Shown here: piece after piece, positions 26,393 to 41,379 of the stretch | Layout: every line of letters begins with the position of its first letter | How positions within the stretch are numbered: position 1 is the stretch's first letter | Source of the DNA: Paramecium tetraurelia | Taxonomy: Eukaryota | DNA length: 64,000 nt | Direction of reading: 5' to 3' | Assembly: GCA_000165425.1 (NCBI GenBank) | Contig: CT868230.1 | Coordinates: forward strand, 124,001-188,000 | The notes under the pieces: model-generated | Database searches by the model: none | What the model saw: the letters and a program-made list of their open reading frames with translations, nothing else | What the model was told of the DNA's origin: nothing | Program-made: the position numbers and the translations under genes

Positions 26393-28840
26393 ATGTCATA
26401 GAATGAAAATGAGATTTATAGGAGAATCAAATTACTGGGAGAAGGGTCTTTTGGAAAGGCATATTTGGTGGAAGTGCATCCAAGATGGAACTCTTTGTGT
26501 AATCAAACAAGTAGATTTAAATTAAATGAAAGAAGATGAAAGAAGAGAAACAATCAAAGAAGCAAGAATTTTAGAAGCTCTGAGACATCCTAACATAGTT
26601 AAATTTAGGGAAGTCTATAAAACAAAAAAGGGTAGGTTATGCATTGTAATGGATTATGCAGATGGTGGTGATTTAAGTAATAAAATCAAACAGACAGGAT
26701 CGTGTCTCTTTAGTGAAGTATAGATCCTTGATTGGTTCACATAAATATGTTTAGCAATTAAACATGTTCATGATAGAAAAATCATACACAGAGATTTAAA
26801 AACCTAAAATATATTTCTGACTCAAGATGGAATAATCAAACTTGGAGATTTTGGAATTGCCAGAGTTTTGAATCACACCAGAGAAAAGTGCAAGACAATT
26901 GTAGGAACTCCCTATTATTTGTCCCCTGAAATCATTGAAAGTAGGGATTACTCATTCAAAACCGATATCTGGTCTTTGGGCATTATACTGTATGAACTCT
27001 GCGCGCTCAAACCTCCATTTAATGCAGAATCCTTGCATGGATTAGCCCTTAAAATTGTTAGAGGCCAATACAACCCCATTCCTGACAAATTCTCCACCAA
27101 CATGAGGTAATTAATCTCTTCCTTGCTCCAAGTTGATCCCAATCGAAGACCCAATATTCATGAAGTCTTGAAGATGTAATTTATATTTATCAATTCAGGC
27201 CAATCATAGTCAATAGAATCAGAAGTGTCTTATCAGAAAGTATAAGGAATGCAGAGTTTTCCCATACTATTCTTCACAAACAGAACTTTGTTAATCATAA
27301 TTTGATAGTCCCATACGATACTGAGTTGAGAAGTGTATGTTCGTAGCCAAACCTTGGTAAAATTTAATAGCAATAACCATTACAATAATAATATTAATAA
27401 TAACAATAGCCAAGCAATTATTTATTGGCATTTAATGCAAGAGGCTAGCCATAAAATAATTTATTAAAACAGAAACAATTATATCAATAGCATCTACCAT
27501 AAGTAAATATCTTATTTAATTTATATTAGAACTATGACTACATATCTAAACCAACTCAACAAAATTATAATCCATATATGAATTATCAAAAATACCAATA
27601 AAACAAATAATAATAACAACAACCATAATAAATATAACCTTTATAAGTTAATAATAATAGACCTAATATCTCACCATTAAATCCATAAAGGAATGAAAAA
27701 TCACCTTATTATGATGATAGATCGCCATTAAGCAAATCACCATTTAATAAAGATGTTAGAGACAAATCTCCCTTTGAAATTTAAAGAGAATAAGTCAGAT
27801 AATAAATTAAAAGAAATGAAGAAAAATTTCAATAACTTTAAGAAAATAAAATAAAATACTTATAACCTGATAAGTATGAATTACCTAAGCTATCAAGGGA
27901 ACCATATTCATAACCATAAATCCAATATAAATATTAAAAATAATAATCTGATCCTGTGTCAGTCAAAGACCCAGTTAGATTGGAACCAATCAATAATAAT
28001 TAATAACAATAAAAGTCAGAATAATAATAATAGCAAAAAATTGATTTGCAATAAAAAATAGAGCAACAATTACAATCTCAATATCCTTCATCTTCTAGAG
28101 AACAAAAAGAATAAAGAGATAGTGTGTATCAAGCACCTCAGACTGAAAGAGTATAAGTAGCTCAATACATTTCCCAACCCCCTCCAACTCAATAATAATA
28201 ATAAGTTGATCCTATCTAAAAAACTGAATCAGTAAAACCAAGCAAACTACAATTAAAAGAAAGTCAACTAATCCTTTAAGAAATAAGAGAAATAAAAAAT
28301 GATACTAAGGATGATAGAGAAAAGATGAAATAACTAATGGAAATCAAAAGATAAAGAAATAGTAACACATAATCAGAAATCTAAGAAGTTATTAAGGAAG
28401 CATCCAAGAATTCAGACGAATAAGAAGATGAAGCATCTTAATTACTAGCAGAGTTAGAAGATATAGTTATAGCTGCTGAGGGTGGGGATGTGAAACATTC
28501 ATAAGTAATTAATGTAGGTGATGGTGATTTAATCAATATGTAACAATCAGTTAGGGAAAGTGTGGACAGAGAGGATGATGAGAGTTTGGAATAGAAATCA
28601 AATGCATCAAATGAAAACGGAGAAAGAGAAAGCTTTTAAGATGATGAAGACATCGTTTGTGAAACTCCTAAAGAATTGCTTTATCAATTACTCTTAAGAC
28701 AAATTGGTTAGGAATAATTGACCAAAGCTTTAAATAAAATATAAAATGCTTATTCCTAGGATTATGTCAATCTAATGCAAAACGGCCTAGATGAGTTGTA
28801 ATAATATAAGGCACTTATATTCATGTATGAATGCATGTGA
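26393..28840 (+). CDS. NEK1-like kinase with Q-rich tail; apparent +1 frameshift near 26472
   Basis: LGEGSFGKAYLV, CVIK, HRDLKTQNIFL, GDFGIARVL, GTPYYLSPE; the first codons are out of frame by one base with the rest. Confidence 0.85.
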
Positions 28841-28917
28841 TTTTAAATTTAATCATATTTTATATCTACAATTATCATATAAATTAATATTCATTTAAGA
28901 ATTATTACATTTAGTAT

Positions 28918-31468
28918 TCAAAAACTTATTTTTGATTCAAAATTCGATAAGATTCGACTTTCATGCATCAAAGTATCACAAAACATCTAAAATTATAAAA
29001 TTTATAAATTACCTCCAAGTTTTATATTTATTAATCTTTATCATTTAATTAATGTATATATTAATTTTTAGATTATTTACTTTAATTTTAAATTTTATTA
29101 GCTTATTGTAAAAATACTTATTAACTCTCTTTAATTTCTTATTCTTAATTCTATGCTTTTTGATTCACAATGATATCATTTAATTCATACGATGATTATT
29201 ATGATATAATATAATCGTTTTATTATTATTATTTCTCGTTTTCATCATGTACAAATGTATAAATAGAAAAATGATCAACTCTAACAATAAACTATTACTT
29301 TATTTGATCTATTTCTATCAACTCAATATTCTGCTCTTTACATTTTTATTGTAGAAATTTATGTTCAGTCTCGTAATTATCTTTGTTTATTGTGATTGGA
29401 ACCTTCAAAGTAATCAAACAGGATTTATTAAGTTTTTTATTAACTTTTGGTTTAAGATATTCATGAATTTGATCTAAATCATACACTTCGACCTTTGAAT
29501 CTTATATATCAACAATTCTATCTAAATTGATATACAATAAGTTTGTTGGAGAATCCCATCTCAATGAACCAAATTCATTAAAGATTGTAAAATCTTCAAC
29601 ATTTTTTAATTAATTAATTGTCAATTGATTGATATCTGGTAATGTGTAATATCCTTATTTTGTTAAGATGGGTCTATAAGTTTATAGGATTCTAAATGAT
29701 AGAGTTTGATGATTATCCTAATTATTATTTTCATCAATTATAAATTCACTTTTTTCAAAATAAGCTGCTTTATCACTCTTAAAGACTTGCATTTAATCTA
29801 TTTTTTGAAGTATTTTATCTTTAAAATCGATTTTTGATTTAATATCATTAAATTCTTCATTGAATGTTATAAAATTCTCACTTTCTTCGAAATAGATTTC
29901 AATTATATATTCTCTTTTAGATTTAGTTGACTTTTATGAGATTCTGCTTGTAGTAAATCCGCAATTAGATTATGATTAATGTTGAATACTAATTCTTGAG
30001 CTTTTTTAACTGTTGGCTAGATTCAGATTGCTAGAGGAGGGCATTGTTCTAAAGAGAGTGTGAGAATCATTTTTCTTTTTTGGTAACAAATTGATTTCTT
30101 ACTACTTCTTTTGTCTTTCAATTCTTTTTTTTTATTCTAGCTAATTGATTAGGTATTCTTGCTCCAAATATTTTTCTTCTTCTAATTTGTACAATTTTTC
30201 CATTTCTTAGATAGAATTATTTAATGTGGTTGTGAAATTGTTAATCATATCTACTGATTGTTTAATAAATTAAATAGGATTCATTTAATTTTGGTATTAA
30301 ATCATTTGCAAATCATTCGATAACATGTTGATAGTATTAACATTTTAAAATGGTTGAAATGGTTATTAAGGCATTTGTAATGGGTACATTTGTTGTGGTT
30401 ATTAAAATTATTATTATTAGAACATTAATTATTAAGAATTTTATTATTGTTATTATTAAAATGGTTATTACATGTTATTCATGAATTATTGTTATGGTTA
30501 CGAAAAGATTGAAAGAATGTTAGGATTATTATTATTATGATTATTATTACTTTAATTATTGAATAAGTTAGTATCATTATTGGACTAGTGTTGATTTGGA
30601 ATTTAGATTTGCAATTAGGGTTTGTTTTATTAAAATATGTTTCCAGTTTGTGATTATTATTAAGCCCAAGGGAGATTTAAATCCTTTGACTGATAGTTAT
30701 TAAATTCAGATTGAGGTTTGTTATTATTAAAAGAACTTTAATTGAAGATGTTTTATGGTTGCTGATCCTATCTAGGATTAGGATTTGAGAATATATTGAC
30801 TGAATTATTAGTGTTCATACTATTGTTTATTGGAGGGGCATTAAAAATATTTCCATATTACTACTTTTATTATTATTACTAATTATTTTAATTGTTCATT
30901 GAACTGAAAAAATTATTTTATTGTCTATTATCAGTAAGAGAGGAGGAGGCATTTGAATTAAATATATTTTGTTATTGTTAATTCTAGTTGTTAGATTCCC
31001 AAATGGAATTTGAACTTTTTTAAATGGGAAACATAGGTACATTAATGGCTAAAATAACATTTAGATTTACGTTGTCCAGCCACTTTCGAAATCAAAGAAG
31101 GATTGAATCTTTTGCATTGGATTGCATTTTGAATAGTTGATATATGGAAATCATCAATTTGTTATGCTCTAACCAAATAATAATCCTCTAATCTAATCAT
31201 TATCATTGACTATTATTGTAAGAAATGTTTACCATTTTATCATATTGAGGTTAGAAGATAATTGAAGTAGACAATACGTTTTTATCGTCCACAACTTGAA
31301 TTTTGATTTGTTCAAACTTAGCTCTATATGAACCTTGGACATCACGTTTTCTTTGTGTTCTTAAAATTAACATAAAAAATACTAAGGAATAGTCCAGGAA
31401 TTAGAATTGGATTGACTAGTTTAAAATATATTGGAACTGCCATTTCTTTGAAAGAGAGTGTTTGCCAT
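28918..31468 (-). CDS. NUP98: Nup98-family nucleoporin with NIFN repeats, GLEBS-like motif and autopeptidase domain
   Basis: STSIIFQPQYDKMSMIMIRLEDYY (GLEBS-like), NIFN/NIFS/NIFQ/NLFN repeats, KVEVYD..KPKVNQKLNKSCLITL, VRVDHFSIY. Confidence 0.85.
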
Positions 31469-31586
31469 TATTTTTGTTTAAAAATTATTTCCATTATATT
31501 GTTAATTATTAATGGTTTAAGTGAATATTGAGTAACAAAAATTAATATAATTCTGGAAATATTAATTATTATAATTTAATGATAGA

Positions 31587-32281
31587 TCAATATGAGGATT
31601 GGGATAAATTCTCATCTAAGGAAGACTTTCTTTTTCTTCCTTTCTTGTTGATATCATTAATATTCAACTTCTTGAAATTCTCTTCCTTTCTCTTCTATTT
31701 TACTAGTTCATTTTTCTTCTTTTTCTCCTATTTCATGGCCTAAAAACTTGATTCAAAATTTCTAATTTCCAACTTATTGTTTTTCTTATAGGTGTGTACT
31801 TTGTTCTAGCTCTCATCAAAAGAGACTTTCCTTTGAAAACCTTCGCTTGCAATTGAATTAGATCTCTTCCGTAGACTAGATGTCATAGATACTTAATCAA
31901 AATCTTATTAACTTTGAGTAGACCTTAATTTCAATGATTCGCCCATGTCAGCACAAGAATCTTCCTTGCTTAATGTAGGTTGTTCGTCCATTAAAGCAGC
32001 TTCCTTTCTTGGCCGCATGGGCGAATCTATATCTTTCATTTTCTCTTAGATTGTTTCTTATTGAGGCTGCGAAGGAATCTTTCTTCTTGTGTATAGATGT
32101 TAAATAACAACTAAAATGAGGGAAATCAAAATCCATGACATTGTTGATAATGTTAATTTAATATTAACAGTACCTTCATTTGCATCAAATTTTGAACTAA
32201 ACCTATTAAATAGATGAGTAAATCATACAACAACGATAATAGGACTCCTATCGTCAAAATTACTGAATGTTATTTTTCCAT
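31587..32281 (-). CDS. Hypothetical basic/charged protein
   Basis: Code-6 open frame with introns, K/E/R-rich C-terminus; no family recognised. Confidence 0.45.
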
Positions 32282-32310
32282 TTGATTTATATTATTAATA
32301 TCAATAATAG

Positions 32311-34485
32311 ATGAGCAGAAGAAAAACTAATACTAAGGTGGTTCTCAATGATAATGATGATGAAATCGCATAGAAAGAGCTGATGTATGCAGTAATTATA
32401 TTACTCATAATCTTAGCCTGTCATTTAGATATACACAGATAATCAATACTTGACAGAAATGCAAGTGGATTCTATAACAGGAATAATGTAAAATATAGAA
32501 ATATTTAAAACTTGGTGTCCAGAAACAAGCGCACTATCTGAATTCACAAGGTTAATATCTTAGAATTTATAATATGAGCGATTTCAAAAATAAAATGCTG
32601 TATTTAATTTAGGTATACGAATAATCCATTTTAGGTGATCAAGGAGATAAATTCTATATTATTCTGACAGGAACAGCTGCAGTCTACATCAAAAGACAGC
32701 CTCAACAAATTGAAACTGAAGAATAGGAGATCTTACCTAAAATTGAATAATATTTAGATAAAATGCAACTTAATTCGATAACAGAAATTGAATCTGACTC
32801 AAAATTCTCCTTTTTTGAAAAATTAATTAAAAAGTAAACTAAACCACTTAAATAAATTGAATCAGAATTGCTCTTATTAAATACTGGTAATTTTGATATG
32901 TATTTTACAAAATATGGAATTTGTAAATTCTAATAAATCTCTTAATTACATTCTGGACAATACTTTGGTGATATGGCATTAACTACTGATAAGCCTAGAG
33001 CTGCCAGCATTGTTACTATAACAGAACTCTAAGTACTTTCACTTAATAAAACGAATTTTAAAGTAAATTCTTTATTATCATATAGAAAATATTTGAAAAA
33101 TAAATCAAGGCATAATAAGAGAAAATAGAATATTTTTTAAAGATGTTTCCTTCAATGACTAAATTTAAAATCAGCAAATTGATAATGTATTTTTCTCAAT
33201 ACAAATATCCTCCAAATTATAAGATTTGGAAATAAAATGATATAGTAGATGGTCTGTTCTTACTGAAAGAAGGAGAAATCTAATTATAAAAAACAGTTGA
33301 TTTCCATCCTTTTCTTAAATCCGAATAAAATCAAATACCTAGTGAAACTAAAAGAGAGAAGACTTCACAAATGGATCTTATTACTGTAAAATAGAAATTC
33401 TAATAATTAGTTAGCTAATTTGACTGATGGTTGCTTTATTGGGGAAACAGACATCTTTCTCAAAAATGAAAGAAGGGATTACACAGTTAAAACAGTTACT
33501 CAATGTAATGTGTATGTCTTGCATATGGATAATTATTTGATAGTTAAAAGATAATTTCCTGAATTCATTAACCCTCTTTAATTGCTCTCTTAGAAAAATA
33601 TCAATCTATACAAGAAAAGATTGGATGAAATTGTACAGACCAAAGTTATAAGCCTCAATTTCCAAAAAAAAGAAGAATCTAATGTCATTGAAAGAAGATA
33701 CTTAAATGACATTGAAATTAATTAATAGCCTAATTTCGTTCATTAACATCAAATATCTTCTCCTATTTTAAGATCTTCGATTCATCCAAAAATGACAAAA
33801 CAGCAAATGGTTGAGTAAAATCAATCAATTGCTTTTTAACATTAAAAGAATGAGAAAATGTCTAATAAGTAAGAAGAATTCAATATGTTAAAAATGGCTG
33901 GTGATAATTTCTAAAAATGCTTATTTATTCGAGTTGAAAAATAGTTTGAGTAATTCTAACCAACAAAACCTAAGTATACATATTTTGATTAAACTTAGAG
34001 GCAAGACCCCTTTTTTTAGTAAACATCAAAAAGACATTAAAGACTTACTTAATTAAATTAAACGTAATTAGATAACATAAGAAACTACTATCAATCAATA
34101 TGAAGAATCAGATCAACATAGTCTACCATTTCTTACTTTGAGTAAAAGATAATTAAAAAATATAAATCCTTAAGTTTAATAGAAAATGGAAATTTTAAAA
34201 TAATGTTTAACTAGTCCGACTAGTTGTCATTCTAATTCAGTTTCTTAAACAATAGATTAATTTTATAAAATTAAAGCATAATAAGGATTTGTATTATGTG
34301 ATTCTCTTCATCCAATACAAGATCGAGGTCATACTCAATCAAGATTCAATAAACATTTGGCTAATGTCAAACTTACCTAAAGAAATTAAAAAACTATTTA
34401 ATAATGTTTGAATTCTCAAAAAGTATCAATTGATAATTTGGATACTAATATTTTTAGTTCTTAACCTACATTACAATACTTATGA
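32311..34485 (+). CDS. Cyclic nucleotide-binding domain protein
   Basis: GDQGDKFYIILTG, GQYFGDMAL..KPRAASI, second domain LFLLKEGEI, FIGE. Confidence 0.82.
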
Positions 34486-34525
34486 ATTTTTATTGAAAAC
34501 AGCGATAATAATAAAATGAATATAA

Positions 34526-37500
34526 TCAATTTAAACAATCTTTATTATTTTGAGATTCCTCCTTTAGACACTCATTCTTAGGCTATTATATATCAATGGC
34601 TTCATTAAGGGTTCTTGTTTTAAATATATTTATACTTTTTTAAATTTTATTCTATTTACTTATTTTGTATTTCAACCTATCTTTGTATATCGAAATTGTC
34701 ATCCTGCTTTTTTTCCAATTGCTATTAATCTGCAGTTTCTTTTTCATTATCAGAACCAAAACTATTACTATAATTAGATTTATTTATTATATGATCTTTT
34801 TATTAATAATATCTATTTAACTCTTCTTTTAAATCTTGAATCTCCTTTTCTTTTTACTCTAATATTTTGAATTGATTAGAATTCAAAGTGTTCAATTCTT
34901 CAATAACTTTATTTTAATTGTTCAATTAAATTTACAAATTTGATAATTCCTAGTTAATCTTTGTTTTTGCAAATTTTTAAGTTTATTCCAATTAGATTTC
35001 CATTCGTCTAATTTTTTCATCATTTTCTTGAAGAACTTTTTGTAATTTTAATTTTTCTTTCATTATTTCTTCTTCCTCATCTGATTATTCATTAATATCA
35101 TTTTCATCAATATCAGCAAACTCTTCAAATTTGACAATATTTTAACTCTTTTTAGAGTGATTACTAATCACAGACTTATTCATTCTTTATTCTATATGCT
35201 AATGAATAATTTTTAATTCCTCTTACAAATTCTATATTTCTTAATCTTTTTAATTTATCAGTTCTTAAAATGTATGCTATTCATGAGTTGATTATTATAG
35301 AATTCCTGCCATTTTTGATTTAAATTCATATTCTTATGGTTCTGCTTGCAGCTCCTCTCTAAAAAGGGGTAAACTTTCTATATGCTTTTATGGATTAGAT
35401 ACCCTTCCAGCACCCCGGCGGCNNNNNNNNNNNNNNNNNNNNNNNNNNNNNNNNNNNNNNNNNNNNNNNNNNNNNNNNNNNNNNNNNNNNNNNNNNNNNN
35501 NNNTAAACTTTTATTTTTTTTTTTTCAAATTAAAGATTTAATTTCCAAATTATTTAATCTGCTCAATAGCTTAATCCCGACTACTCTATATTTATGATTT
35601 TTATTGCAATGCACTCTCATTCTGTTCTTTTAATTGTTATAATAATATTTAGAGCTGCTCTTCAGATTAATTTGATTCAGGCAATAATATAGTTTCTATA
35701 TGTTGACCTCTTGAAGATGTTTAAACATCAAATAAATCCATAATATCTTAATTTTGTTGAATAGAACTCTTGTTTTCAGATATGCTCTGTAATTATTTCA
35801 TAAGATTAAGTGATTTAAGCTATTCTTCTTGTAATTACAACTAAATTTGTTCCAATTTTTTTAATGCCTCCTGTAATTTTTAATTGAGCTATTTCTATTA
35901 ATTTTCATTTTCCTTTGATTCATTTTGATATTATTTTATTTTGAATTAGAGTTATTCTATTTCTTAAATTTAAGCACTTTATTATGAATCATTTAATAGG
36001 GTTGCTTTTTACTCCTACTTATCTCTTTCTATATTATTAAGTTATAGAGTTAGTCTTTATATTTGGGATTTGCTTTCAGATATCTAGATCTCCTTTTGCT
36101 TTGAATCAATTAAATATTTTTTTATTTCTTCGACCAACTTTTGATTTCTATCTATTTCTTCTTCTAATTTGTATTCCAGTTCTGATATCCTTACTCTTAG
36201 CTTCTCATTTTCGCTAAATGCACTCTCTAAATGCTTTTCAGATTACACCTATTTTTTAGTTAGCATCTTTTACTGGTTTTGCCATTCATTAGTTTGTTAT
36301 TCTTATTAATTTAAATTATTCTAAATTACCTCCTCCATTTATTTGAGTAACTCTTAATTATGCTTTTATTGCTTATCTAATTATTACTCAATCTATGCTT
36401 TTTATTATTGATATTATAATCTATCATTTTATAGGTTTGTAATCAAAGTTTTAGTTTATAATTAATTTACTTATTCTTATTTAATTTATTTCTATAATTC
36501 AAAATTATCTGCTTATAGAATTTTAATTTCCGATTATTTATCTTCATAATTCTTCTAGAGTTTATAGATTTTTTAATTCAAACTCTCTCTTTCTTAAGGC
36601 TATTATTGCAATTAAATTTACTAATTCTTTCTTTGTAATTCAACAATTTTCTACTCAAACAAATTTTATTCAGATTAATAATTATTAATCATGTTTTCTT
36701 ATGATTAATTCTATTCTATTAAATTTTAAATTGTATAATTCTGTTTATTAATTTTAGTTTATAATTATTATATTTAATCCATTTAATCTTTGAATTTATT
36801 TGCTTCATTTCTAGATTGTTTAAGTAGATTTTCTAATTCTTATTTATACCTTTATAATGTATTATAGTTTTCTTAAAATTACGTTAACTTTTAATCTTTA
36901 GTTCTTATTTATTCTTATAATCTATTAGTTTAATATTACCATTCTTATTTCAATTTATCAATTTACAGTTATTGATTTTCATTTAGTAGTTATTAATGCT
37001 TAATCAAATCCACGTTCTCAATTTGGTATTTCTCAAATTACATTTGAAAGTATTATTTCTCTTTTTATAATGTTGATAAATCCATTTGATTTTTCTCGAA
37101 ATCATTTAAAAGACTATTATTATTCTTCTTCAATAATACTATCTAGTCATTTAGATTAATTTAGCTATTGTTACTTTCTGATAATTTAGCTTTTAGTTAC
37201 TATATTTCTTCTTGTTATTAGATCTAAATATCATGATTAAATTACTTGAAGCACTTTCAATTGATTAAAGTCATTTAAATCAGATATAATTAATTCCTTT
37301 TTCTGATTTTCACCTAATAAGATGCTGATTTATTATTCCAACTATTGAATTCTTGCTTGGAATTCCCTCTTAAGTGATTATTCTTATTAATATGCAATTA
37401 ACTTTTCTTATTCAAAATTATTAATAATATATTAATGATGTTTTTTTAATTCATTAAATTGTTTCTCCAGTCCCTAATTTTAATTCATAATAAAGTCTGC

Positions 37501-38301
37501 TTATTTTTTGTAACTAGGTTTAGATTGACCAACTGTGGATTTACTAATAGAATTGTAATTTGTTTGATTATGATTTTTTATTGAATTCAACTTAATAATG
37601 ATTTTGTTGAGTTGCTATTGTTTCAATTGTATTTTTTAATTTATTTAACTTTAATACAAATAAATGAATTGGAAGATTTCTGATTAAAATTAGTAGAAAG
37701 CCTATTGGATGTTTGGATGATGATTGGAATCAATCTAAATGGAATTAGTAAATTCATCCAAATCTGTTTATTGATATATTTTATGCATATTGTATCTAGC
37801 ATCTTAAAGTTATTAAGTTAATCCTTTTAAAGAATTTGATAAGCTGATATTTTCAATTGTTAATTAGTCCTAAGTATTTTAGAGATTGATAATTTAGGAT
37901 TAATAAAACTATTTAGCTTTTTCATTTTGTTGCTTAATCTCAGAAATTTCTAACAATAGTGAATCAACTCTTGATGGTGTATCTAACTTGGAAGAATTAA
38001 ATGGACTTTATTATTTAGGATTTTATATCGAAAATTTTGATGTTAATGTTGACAATTTCAAAGTATTTATCTATTTTTCAGTACTTTCATTATCATTTTG
38101 GTTAGGATCATGTTAAGAAGAGTGGCTTGTGTATTACACAATAGATTCATATATCTTTGTAGAGTTATTAGGTTATTGCGAGAACCATTATGTTTCTGGT
38201 TTATTTATATAATGCGTATTCTACATCTCTGATTTTGTATTTGCACTTCCTCTACTAGGTCTGTCTAATTAGAGAATCTTAGGATTTCTATAAGAATGCA
38301 T
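34526..38301 (-). CDS. Very long Q/E/K-rich coiled-coil protein spanning an assembly gap (could be two genes)
   Basis: Long code-6 frames on the minus strand either side of gap 35423-35503. Confidence 0.55.
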
Positions 38302-38954
38302 GAATTGTTAAATTTTATTAATAAAATAAAATAAGAATTCATTGATTTTCACCAATATCCTCTTCTATAATAGCCATCGTAATATTTATTAGCATAATAA
38401 GATGAATATTATGTTGGATAATCTAAGATCTTGGATTGAGCTGATTGTTAGCTACAGTAAAGGAGATAATTACAATTAAACAGGTTTAGAAGCATGTAAG
38501 GGGTGACTCAATGTTCTACTTAATGGTACAACCTAAGGATCAGGGATCAATGGAGGAGGAGTATAAGAGGGAGGTAACAAATAGGCAAGAATATGATGTT
38601 CAGGAGATCTCAATTCTAATAAAAAATCGTCAGCATATAAAAATGAATGAGACACAAATGAACCTATTGAATATATGATTATCGAAAAACATCGACCTAG
38701 ATTATAGAATTATTAATTACCATATTTTTCTTCCAGATTATGTCTAATGTAATCGGTTTTATGTGCATAGTGTTCTTGATGTAATGATCGATTATAAAAG
38801 TCCATAATATCTATTTTCATTTCATTACTTATTTAATATCCTTATTTGATGCATTCTATTTTAACTTTTGATGCCATGGAACTGTTAAATATTATTAAAT
38901 AAATTTATTTATTTTCTAAAAGCAATCATTTTCAATAAATTTTATTATAATCAT

Positions 38955-39832
38955 ATGCAAGAAAGCATTTATAACTTAATTCCCAAAGAGAAAACTCCTC
39001 CAAAGAAGGTTACTAAATTATATAAGTCAACAATCCCAGGAACCATAGCTCCTACTGGTAGTACATTTGGAACTCAATCCTTAATCATTCCAGTCACGAA
39101 TCTAAATGGATCATATATTATACAACAAAATAGATTCAGATCAGAGAGTGGCATCTTGGGTAAATCCAAAAATTGTACTAATCAATCTAAATTCTAGAAA
39201 AATTGGCCCCAATCAAACATAGACATATGGGAAATAATAGTCTAGATATTTGGGCTGAAAAGGGGTCAATTCATAGAAGTGTTGATCTTGGACATTAACA
39301 TTCTGCTACTAAACCTTAAATACCAAAATTAGATGATAAACCAATCATGGGATTAAAATAACATAAAAATTTTATTGCCACTAATGCAATAGATGTCATC
39401 TTAGCTAGTTATATTTTATAATATTTTATTACTACTTAGATCCTAAAAGAAAACAATCAGAACCAGATTGGACAAAGAAATCTGCTTATGGAAAAGTTCC
39501 TCCTTATCTAACCTAAATCAAAGATACCCTTAAAGAACAATTTTATGAGGAACAATATAGAAAATAATTAGAATAACAAGAATAGGATAATAAATTGTAT
39601 ATCATTCCTTTCTAATAGATAATAAATGGCTGAGGATGAATTAGAATAAATAAGACAAGGTTTAAAGAAGAAGTATGATGAATTGAATTATTAATACTAA
39701 CAATAAACACATTGTCGAGTATTTGGAACTATTGGAGTCAAAAGAAGAAAAGAAAATTATGAGAAAGAGTTGATATAATTGGAACAAGACATTGAGAAAT
39801 TGAATAAGAAATATGTTTTTATTTAGCATTGA
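38955..39832 (+). CDS. Enkurin-domain protein
   Basis: MQESIYNLIP, KPIMGL..KNFIATNA, YGKVPPYL, GLKKKYDELN..YQ, RRKENYEKELIQLEQDIEKL. Confidence 0.82.
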
Positions 39833-40175
39833 TTTCAGAATGTTTAAATCCTAAATTCTATTCAAAAAGGATATCTAGTAATATTAAACTGTTTTATATT
39901 TGATTTCCATTCGAACATTGAAATCAAATTAATTCTAAGGTATTCTTAATAATGTGTAATGATAATTTAATTTCATAAACTATTTAACGTATATAAACCA
40001 CATGGGATTTCGAGACCTATCAAAATCTAAGATGCATCTCTTTATGGATCCATATATTCGAAGGGATTTCTTAAAAATTAAATGTCTTAGTTTTATTATA
40101 TTATATAATTATATCTTAAGAAAAGAAGATGATGATAAGAAGAGGATCTCATGTTTAATAATAATATTATATCTA

Positions 40176-40496
40176 TCAACCCATCTTATAAAGTAAAATT
40201 GCCATCTATCCTTCATAAAAAAACATATAACGTTTGCTTTCATATGAAGAGTATGAATTGAAATGCTTTCCTTAAATTTTATTTAATGAAGATACCAACA
40301 ACACAATGCCAATTAGGACCATATTTCTCATCAAAAAACTTCTTGATATAATTAGAGATTTAAGATTCAACTTTAAAATGTTCTACTGCATATCTGGCCT
40401 TGAAGTTTATTTATTAAATACTTAAGTTCTAGCATCATTGATCATGTCAGATTATTCTGGCATATCAATTATTTAGTCCAAATTTTCCTCTGCCAT
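40176..40496 (-). CDS. Dynein light chain type 1 (LC8-family)
   Basis: [25 protein letters not shown]...AILLYKMG*; two introns. Confidence 0.9.
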
Positions 40497-41379
40497 TTGA
40501 AACTGTTATTAATTATATTATTATATATTGATTAAAAAAAAGAATTCAATCAAAAATTTATATTTATTAAGCTAATATAGTAATAAAGACTAAGTACATT
40601 ATTACATTTATAATTGCAATTAGAATATTGAGGATTCAAATACATTAAATTAGGAATTAGTTTATTCTTATTCAATTTTTATTAACTAAATAAATTACTT
40701 GATAAGCTTGAAATTAAAAGAGAAAATCTTTTAATATAATTTTACTTAGTTACCTGGATAGATTTTATAATGCGAAATATGATTTTTATTATATAAATTA
40801 ACATTATCTTAATCTTTCTAATTTTATGAAATGTTATTTTCATTTGTAAATTTTTAAATGATGTAATCAGATCTTTAAGGTATTAATAATTAACATTGAT
40901 GTTCTGGGGTAAAAAAATATAGAAGAAATGTTTCATATTAGACAATCAATTTGAATAGTATCGTTTTTATGATGTGAATTTTATGTTGTTTTTTTTAAGA
41001 TAATATGAACTGATGTATCAGAGTTTAAAATTTATAAATATCAAATTTTTAATAATAAATGAAGAAAAACTTTTCATTTCTATAAAATTTAAATCAGAAG
41101 GGAAAAAAGAACTCTATGGGAAAAGAATATAAAAACTACCAACTAGAGTATTTAATTATTTCTAATAAATACACTATATTGTTATTTAATTACGTTTTAT
41201 AAAAATACCTAAATTTCTTTGATTTATATTTACTGGTTAAAGAATAAAAATCAACTAATTATGTAAAACATGCAAACTTGTTCTTTAATTTAATAAATTA
41301 AATCTATAAATTCATAAAGAACAAACAACTTTAAATTATAAAACTTGTAAAATTATCTGAATAAATTATATAATCTTCT

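Noticed and set aside
35370..35422. GC-rich patch before the gap
   Set aside because: Read-end noise adjacent to the N run
38400..38880. Possible small gene (similar candidates at 1400-1750 and 9600-10030)
   Set aside because: Could not build a consistent exon model or recognise any motif by eye
13990..40496. Apparent cluster of ciliary genes (KATNIP, NEKs, Rab, enkurin, LC8)
   Set aside because: These families are abundant in ciliates and are interspersed with unrelated genes; no evidence of a functional cluster
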